DNA of 64,000 bases from Vicinamibacteria bacterium (lineage in GTDB: Bacteria > Acidobacteriota > Vicinamibacteria > Marinacidobacterales > Marinacidobacteraceae). The stretch covers positions 896,001-960,000 of the forward strand of contig OY729431.1 of assembly GCA_963422395.1 (NCBI GenBank), given 5' to 3'. The notes under the pieces were generated by a model. The model was not told the DNA's origin. It searched no databases and worked only from the letters and a program-made list of their open reading frames with translations. The position numbers were made by a program, and so were the translations under genes. Shown here piece by piece: positions 58,147 to 64,000 of this stretch (positions are counted from its first letter, which is position 1; each line of letters starts with the position of its first letter).

Positions 58147-59286
58147 ATGCGGCTGGCCATCGTCTGTCACCCGACCCACGGCGGCAGCGGTGCGGTGGCT
58201 TCCGAGCTCGCTATCGGACTCGCCGACGCCGGCCACGATGTCCATGTGGTGAGTTACGCGGTGCCGTTCCGCCTGCGTCGGTTCCACCCCGGGATTCGGC
58301 TCCACGAAGTGGAGATCGCGTCGTATCCCCTGTTCCGCTATCCGCCGTACACGCTGGGGCTGGCGACCAAGCTCGCCGAGGTCGCCGCCGAGAGCGGCCT
58401 CGATGTCATCCACGCCCACTACGCGGTCCCGAATGCGGTGAGCGCTTTCCTCGCCCGCGAGATCATTGGAAACGGCAGCACCCGGCTGGTGACCACCCTC
58501 CACGGCACCGATATCACTCTCGTCGGAGCCGACAAGTCCTTCGATCGGGTGATTCGCTTCGCCCTCGAAAATTCGGACGCGGTCACCGCGGTCTCCAACT
58601 ATCTCGCAGAACGGACCCGGCGCGATTTCTCTCCCCAGCTTCCGGTGGAGGTGATTCCGAACTTCGTTTCGACCGCGCTGCCGCCGGACGAATCGGATCC
58701 GTGCGTTCGGGAGGCTTGGGCCCCGAACGGCGAGCGCATCCTCATGCACGCCTCGAACTTCCGTCCGGTGAAGCGGGTCAGCGACGTGGTGCGCATCTTC
58801 GACGCGGTGCGGCGCCGTCTGCCGGCGAAGCTGGTGCTGATCGGCGAGGGGCCGGAACGGCTGTTCGCCCAGCAGCTGGTGCGGGAGCTGGAGCTGAGGG
58901 GTGATGTGATCTTCCTGGGGGAGCAGGACGACATCCAGGGACCCCTGGCCGCCGCCGATCTGCTGCTCCTGCCGAGCGAGCAGGAGAGTTTCGGGCTGAC
59001 CGCCTTGGAGGCGATGGTCTCCCGGGTTCCGGTGATCGCCACCACGATCGGCGGCCTTCCCGAAGTGGTCGCCGACGGCGAATGCGGGCGGCTCTTCCCG
59101 GTGGGAGAGGTGGCGGGCATGGCGGCAGAGGCCGTCCGGCTGCTTTCCGACGAGTCGGCGCGGAAGGCCATGGGCGAGGCGGGGCGGGAGCGGGCGATCC
59201 GCTGCTTCGCTCGGGAGATCGTCTTGCCGCGCTATGAGGACCTCTACCACCGGGTCCTCGCGGGCGAGCCGGCGGTGTCCAGCTGA
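58147..59286 (+). CDS. bshA: N-acetyl-alpha-D-glucosaminyl L-malate synthase (bacillithiol pathway)
   Basis: CHPTHGGSGAVASELA, YPLFRYPPY, HAHYAVP, TTLHGTDIT, SNFRPVKR and ESFGL motifs. Confidence 0.93.
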   Translation: MRLAIVCHPTHGGSGAVASELAIGLADAGHDVHVVSYAVPFRLRRFHPGIRLHEVEIASYPLFRYPPYTLGLATKLAEVAAESGLDVIHAHYAVPNAVSAFLAREIIGNGSTRLVTTLHGTDITLVGADKSFDRVIRFALENSDAVTAVSNYLAERTRRDFSPQLPVEVIPNFVSTALPPDESDPCVREAWAPNGERILMHASNFRPVKRVSDVVRIFDAVRRRLPAKLVLIGEGPERLFAQQLVRELELRGDVIFLGEQDDIQGPLAAADLLLLPSEQESFGLTALEAMVSRVPVIATTIGGLPEVVADGECGRLFPVGEVAGMAAEAVRLLSDESARKAMGEAGRERAIRCFAREIVLPRYEDLYHRVLAGEPAVSS

Positions 59287-59338
59287 GCCGCCCCAGGCGG
59301 AGCGCGGTCCAGCCGGATGGGGGAGCCGGTGGAGGTCG

Positions 59339-60325
59339 TCAGGCCCGGTAGATGTCCTCCCGGTAGCGGAGGGTTTCCGGGCGGGCTTCCAGGTATGCCT
59401 GATCCGTGAGGCTCGATACCCGGAGCCGGTGGGCGTGACGCCCGAGGGTGCCCGCCGGAACCGCGAGGGGAACCTGTCGTTCCCGAAAGGCGGTGATCTC
59501 GATGTGGAGTGCCGCCCTCTCTTGGGGATCGAGCCGCCGCTTCAGGTGTCCCGCGAGATGGCGGAGGACATTCTCGTGGGTTCGGATCGAGGGAGGCTCG
59601 GCGAGCCCGGCGGCGAAACCTCTCCGATACGCAGCGAGTGCCGACCGAGCGTCTTCCGCAGCGGCGAGTCGGCGCCCCAGCCGGCGGGCGGCAGTTTCCG
59701 AATGGGCCATCGACACCATCTTCCAGCGGGCGTGGAAGTCGAACAGATCGGACATCGCGGTGTTCGCGGGGTCGAGATCCCGAAGTGCCGCGAAGCCGAA
59801 GACGCGGGTCAGCCAATGGTCGCGGCGCGCCGGATCGTCGAGGGCGGTTTCGGAGATCTGCGGCGGGCTCCAGAGCTCCCTGCCGATCTCCCGATGGAGA
59901 CCGCCGCGGAGAACCGCCGCGAACACTCCGTCTCCCCGCGTGGAAACGACGACTTCGTTCCGGTGCACCTTCGCGTCTCCGGTGCCGCAACTGGGCGAGC
60001 GCGATTTCAGCACGACGCCCGCGATCCGCTCCTGTTGGAACCGCCGCGCCGCCGCCGCGGCGTAGGCGCTCATGACCGGAGTCAGGTCCTCTCCTTCCGC
60101 TCCGACCAGACGGACGCCGTCCCCGGCTGCTTCGAGCCGGATCTTCGGGCGGGGCACCCCGAGGCCGATCCCGACTTCGGGACACTCGGGGACCAGCTGG
60201 AAAGCGCGGCCGAGCGCTTCCGCGGCATAGCGGCTCCGTCGGTGTCCGCCGTCGTAGCGAACCCGCTCCCCGAGGAGACACGCGGACACCGCGATCCGGA
60301 GTTTCGGCTCGGGGCGTTCCGACAT
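59339..60325 (-). CDS. DUF523 (2-thiouracil desulfurase-like) plus DUF1722 protein (YbgA-like)
   Basis: AVSACLLGERVRYDGGH, CPEV and LKSRSPSCG motifs; C-terminal FHARWK, HENVLRHLAGHLK and QAYL. Confidence 0.88.
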   Translation of the reverse strand: MSERPEPKLRIAVSACLLGERVRYDGGHRRSRYAAEALGRAFQLVPECPEVGIGLGVPRPKIRLEAAGDGVRLVGAEGEDLTPVMSAYAAAAARRFQQERIAGVVLKSRSPSCGTGDAKVHRNEVVVSTRGDGVFAAVLRGGLHREIGRELWSPPQISETALDDPARRDHWLTRVFGFAALRDLDPANTAMSDLFDFHARWKMVSMAHSETAARRLGRRLAAAEDARSALAAYRRGFAAGLAEPPSIRTHENVLRHLAGHLKRRLDPQERAALHIEITAFRERQVPLAVPAGTLGRHAHRLRVSSLTDQAYLEARPETLRYREDIYRA

Positions 60326-60423
60326 CGTATGAATCGGGGGAATCCTCGGAGTGCGCATCGGACCGACCGGCGGCCCGGCGGCGGGCTGCGGCGGGAAGAG
60401 CCGCTGCCGGGAGGCGCCGGACA

Positions 60424-61134
60424 GTGAGACTAGCGGGTGATTTCGAGACGCGGGTGACTTCCTGCCGCTCCTGTCCGCGGCTCGCCGCACACCGCGAAGC
60501 GGTCGGCGCGGAACCGCCGCGCCGCCACTCGGGCGATTGCTATTGGGCGCGCCCCGTCCCTTCGCTCGGCGGCGAGGGGTTTCGGCTGCTGATCGTCGGC
60601 CTCGCCCCGGCGGCCCACGGTGCGAACCGGACGGGCCGGATGTTCACCGGGGACCGGTCCGGGGAGTGGCTCTTCGAAGCGCTCCACCGGTTCGGCTTCT
60701 CGAGTGCGCCCCATTCGCCGGACCCGGCGGACGGGCTCCGTCTCGAAGACGCGCGGATCACCGCTGCCGTCCACTGTGCGCCGCCCGGCAACCGGCCGAC
60801 CGCTCGGGAACTCGCTGCCTGCCAACCTTTCCTCGAGGAGGAGATCGCGGCGGCTTCGCGGCTCCGGGTGGCTGTCGCGCTCGGAGCCGTCGCCTTCCGC
60901 GCCTTCCTCCGTGCCTGGGCTGCTGCCTCGCAGCCCGTTCCGGTGCCGGCGCCCCGTTTCGGACACGGCGTCTCGACGGAGCTGGCCCGAGGAGTCCGCC
61001 TGCTGGCCAGCTACCACCCGAGCCAGCAGAACACCTTCACCGGGCGTCTCACCCGCCCGATGTTCCATGCGGTGTTCGCCGAAGCGCGGCGTCTTCTCGA
61101 GAAGCCGCAAGAATCCTCCGAGATTCAGCCCTGA
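60424..61134 (+). CDS. Uracil-DNA glycosylase family 5 (UdgB-like)
   Basis: CRSCPRL, GLAPAAHGANRTGRMFTGDRSG, CAPPGNRP and YHPSQQNT motifs. Confidence 0.92.
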   Translation: MRLAGDFETRVTSCRSCPRLAAHREAVGAEPPRRHSGDCYWARPVPSLGGEGFRLLIVGLAPAAHGANRTGRMFTGDRSGEWLFEALHRFGFSSAPHSPDPADGLRLEDARITAAVHCAPPGNRPTARELAACQPFLEEEIAAASRLRVAVALGAVAFRAFLRAWAAASQPVPVPAPRFGHGVSTELARGVRLLASYHPSQQNTFTGRLTRPMFHAVFAEARRLLEKPQESSEIQP

Positions 61135-61162
61135 CCTGCCTGGGTGCGGTGAACCTCCCGAA

Positions 61163-62017
61163 ATGACGAACTGCCGAACCCGCACCGGTGTTTCGAGAGG
61201 TTCGGAGAGCTCCTTCCTCGAACCCGCGGCACCCGGGCAGGCGCGGCTCGCGTTCCGCTACACCCCGGGCGCGGAGGCGGCCTCCCCGGTCTGGATCTTC
61301 CTCCACGGCCTCGGCTCCGATCGGAACGCGGCGAAGGCCCGCCGCTTCGGCGCCTGGCTGTCGGAGCGGGGTCCGGGGTTCCTCGCCCTCGACTTCACCG
61401 GGCACGGCGCCTCGGGCGGCGACTGCCGCGGCCTCTCCCTCTCGCGGAACCTCGAGGACATCGGGCGGGCGGTTTCGTTCCTCGACCGGCAGGCCCCGGA
61501 CGCATCGAGGATTCTCGTCGGATCCTCGATGGGCGGCATCGCGGCGCTCTGGTTCGCGGCGCGCTGGCCGGATGCCGTCTCGCGGGTCTTTGCGATCGCC
61601 CCGGCGTTCCTGATGGCCGCCCGGCTCGCGGCGAGCCTCTCGGGGCCGGAGCGGGACGGCTGGGCGCAGCGCGGCTTCCTGTCGCTTCCATTGGGGGAAA
61701 GCCCTCTCGAGTTCGGCTGGGGCGCGGTTCCCGACGAGGAGAACTACCCGATGGAACGGCTCGCGGCGGAACTCGATACTCCGGCAGTGCTCGTCCACGG
61801 GACGGAGGACGCGGTCGTGCCGGTTGCGCTCTCGCGCGGCTTTGCCCGGGAGTGTGCCGCCGCCCGGCTGGTCGAGATCGAGGGCGGCGACCACCGGCTC
61901 AGCGAACGAGACCATGTGGACCTGGCGTTCGAGACCTTCTGGAACGCTTCCACCGGGTCCGCAGCCCCCCAGACGGCAGCCTTCTCCCCGGGCTCGCCGG
62001 ACACATCGCCTCGCTGA
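61163..62017 (+). CDS. Alpha/beta hydrolase
   Basis: FLHGLGSD, DFTGHGAS, GSSMGG, HGTEDAVV and GGDHRLS motifs. Confidence 0.88.
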   Translation: MTNCRTRTGVSRGSESSFLEPAAPGQARLAFRYTPGAEAASPVWIFLHGLGSDRNAAKARRFGAWLSERGPGFLALDFTGHGASGGDCRGLSLSRNLEDIGRAVSFLDRQAPDASRILVGSSMGGIAALWFAARWPDAVSRVFAIAPAFLMAARLAASLSGPERDGWAQRGFLSLPLGESPLEFGWGAVPDEENYPMERLAAELDTPAVLVHGTEDAVVPVALSRGFARECAAARLVEIEGGDHRLSERDHVDLAFETFWNASTGSAAPQTAAFSPGSPDTSPR

Positions 62018-62212
62018 TCGTCTCGCTGACGCCTCTCCCGGGTTTTCCCGGCGTCCGCGTTCGCCTCTGCCCCGCGTCGGCAGCGGCTTCTTCCGCTCGG
62101 GCTCTATTTCGGGCCAGTAGTTCTTCTCGATTCGGAGGGCCAGCCCAGCCCTCTCCGGTCTGATCTGACCTCGGAAGCCTCCTCCTCTCCAATCAGGCTG
62201 CGAACGGATCCC

Positions 62213-63424
62213 GTGGAGTATCGGAAAGAGAACGCGCCGGTTCATCGGGTACACTCGCTGCGGATGTCAGGCTCCGGCGAACGGCGCCGCTCCTCTTCAT
62301 CTCTCGGAGCTTCTCTCCCGAGATCCCCGAGGTCGAGGGTGCGCCGGCTCGTTCGGGGGGCGGCGTTCGTGATCACGGTCGGACTCGGGTCGGGCGGGAA
62401 TCCCGCGGGGGCATACCGGCTCTACGACAACGGCGCCCTCGATTACATCGTCGGCTCGGATCAGGCGATCCGTTGGTCCGCGGAAGCGTGGGGACCGGGA
62501 CAGACGCTCGTCTGGCAGGTCGAGGACGGGCCGGACTGGCCTCTCCTGTTCGATTCGACGCAGGACATCGTGCCGCTGGCCGAAAGAGCGCTCGCGGCAT
62601 GGTCGGAGGTCCCGACCGCCGACATCTCCTGGCGGATGGCCGGAGTCGTCGAGCCTGGAGAGGGGCCGCGCTTCGGCGATTCCGCGAATCGAGTGTTCTT
62701 CGATGGGGAATCCGGAATCGGCGGCGCCGTGATCTGGTGGGTCCGGAACCACGCGCTGGACTCATGGGAGATCATGGAATGCGATGTCGGAATTCCCGGA
62801 TATTGGGTGGATTGGGTGGATGAGGATGCCGACGCTGCGACGAGGAATGTGCCCCTTTTTCTGCTTAAGGAATTCGGCCATTGCTTCGGTCTCGGTCGTG
62901 CTGCCCTGCCCCCCGGGTCGATAGGGCTGCGAGCTTCCGCCGAAGACTCCTCCAGGCAGTACTTCACATCCTCAGCTGTGTGGCTGCCCTGGCCAGCCAT
63001 GTCCTGGTGGCGGCGGCCGGATTCTCTCTCACCTTCCTCGGACGATCGCGTCGGCGCATCGCTCCTGCGGCCCCGCACCGGTTGGCCGTCGAGCGTCGGT
63101 GCTCTCTCCGGCACGCTGGAGATGGAAGGGCAGCCGGTGCCGTATGCGCATGTCTATGCGCTTCGGCGCAGCGGGGGCGGGGAGATGCGGCACCCGGTGG
63201 GAGCGTTCGCGAACGCCGGCGGCGAGTTTCTGATCGAGGGTCTTCCGCCGGGTGACTACCTTCTCTGGGCGCACCCGATCCGCTTCTTCCATCAGCATTG
63301 GCCGCTGATCGAAGGAGGCGGGGCGACCGACATGAAAGACACCGTTCTCATGCATCCGGTTCGGGTGGAGGCGGGCGCGGTTACCGGCGGAATCGCGATC
63401 CCCATGCGGCGCGGCCGAAGATGA
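62213..63424 (+). CDS. Secreted matrixin-like protein (degenerate zinc motif) with a C-terminal carboxypeptidase-regulatory-like domain; start uncertain
   Basis: ALAAWSEVP, ECDV, KEFGHCFGL, Met-turn-like PAMS, DDRVGASLLRP; GEFLIEGLPPGDY. Confidence 0.65.
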   Translation: MEYRKENAPVHRVHSLRMSGSGERRRSSSSLGASLPRSPRSRVRRLVRGAAFVITVGLGSGGNPAGAYRLYDNGALDYIVGSDQAIRWSAEAWGPGQTLVWQVEDGPDWPLLFDSTQDIVPLAERALAAWSEVPTADISWRMAGVVEPGEGPRFGDSANRVFFDGESGIGGAVIWWVRNHALDSWEIMECDVGIPGYWVDWVDEDADAATRNVPLFLLKEFGHCFGLGRAALPPGSIGLRASAEDSSRQYFTSSAVWLPWPAMSWWRRPDSLSPSSDDRVGASLLRPRTGWPSSVGALSGTLEMEGQPVPYAHVYALRRSGGGEMRHPVGAFANAGGEFLIEGLPPGDYLLWAHPIRFFHQHWPLIEGGGATDMKDTVLMHPVRVEAGAVTGGIAIPMRRGRR

Positions 63425-63978
63425 CACCCTCCCCGAACCGCTCGGATCCGCTCCCGAAATGGGTGCGCTGCCCGATTTTCCGGCCGATATCGATTACCCG
63501 CGGATTCGTTCTGCCGTGGTTTTTCTGGAGCGTTCTGTCCTGCGGCGGGGGCACATCCACTGTGCCGAGCGGCCCCTCCTCTCCGGGTGTCCCGACTCCG
63601 GCGCCGGCACCGACTCCGGTGCCGCCGCCGATGATCGGAAGCCCGTGCGCCGGTGTGGTGGTGCGCGGCGAGCCGCCCCATCGAGGGTCGTCGGTTACGC
63701 GGGCGACCCTGGTCGTCGAATGGGAGATCGGGTCCGGCGGCGGTTTCGATTGGTCGGGCCCGTACTACGACGACGGCCGTAATGAGTCCCCGCTCCTCGA
63801 AGTCAATGTCGCGGACTGGCGGATCGAGACGACGGCGGCCGCGACCCGGCATATCTTCGAAATCGAATGGCCGCCCTTCCTGGATGCCGGCATGATCTTC
63901 CGCTCCGATGTGGGTGCCTGCGCCCTTCCGGCGCTCCTCTGCTCCAGCAGCGGTTGCGCGCTGCAGGCCTCGCCCTGA
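63421..63978 (+). CDS. Hypothetical lipoprotein with a Pro/Thr linker
   Basis: VLSCGGG lipobox-like site, PTPAPAPTPVPPP linker, Cys-containing C-terminus; ATG overlaps the upstream stop. Confidence 0.6.
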   Translation: MTPSPNRSDPLPKWVRCPIFRPISITRGFVLPWFFWSVLSCGGGTSTVPSGPSSPGVPTPAPAPTPVPPPMIGSPCAGVVVRGEPPHRGSSVTRATLVVEWEIGSGGGFDWSGPYYDDGRNESPLLEVNVADWRIETTAAATRHIFEIEWPPFLDAGMIFRSDVGACALPALLCSSSGCALQASP

Positions 63979-64000
63979 CTCGGCAGGAACTCGACCTGAC

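Noticed and set aside
61899-62254. Short minus-strand ORFs between the hydrolase and the matrixin-like gene
   Set aside because: No recognisable motif, and they overlap supported genes

Overview
High-GC bacterial chromosome segment. Gene content and synteny (mgtE-recO-glyQ-glyS, VPS10-repeat glycosyl hydrolase, bshA) suggest Acidobacteriota, possibly host-associated; this is an inference. The housekeeping backbone is ribD/ribE-ribBA, efp-epmA, yceD-rpmF-fabD-fabG-acpP-fabF, ddl, mgtE-recO-glyQS-mutL and bshA, plus many peptidases and transporters. Two decaying accessory patches are present. The first (7.5-13.3 kb) holds a SeqA-C-like protein, an ABC ATPase with a frameshifted DUF4276 partner, an MmeI-like remnant, and an AlbA_2 fragment cut by a tyrosine-integrase remnant. 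The second (38.1-39.3 kb) holds internally deleted vapBC and TM0106-type nuclease-helicase remnants. Most notable: (1) a diverged ~200-bp direct repeat made of the MmeI 3' tail plus the first 8 codons (M-x-GQDALQ) of two unrelated downstream genes, resembling a swappable cassette slot; (2) five copies (3 full, 2 partial) of a ~195-bp TIR-bounded MITE-like element with compensatory base changes, several sitting between housekeeping genes; (3) an epmA gene that appears to need a CTG start overlapping the efp stop; (4) a possible split C2-domain lipoprotein. No tRNA, rRNA or CRISPR array was seen. All assignments are from motif recognition by eye; no searches were run.
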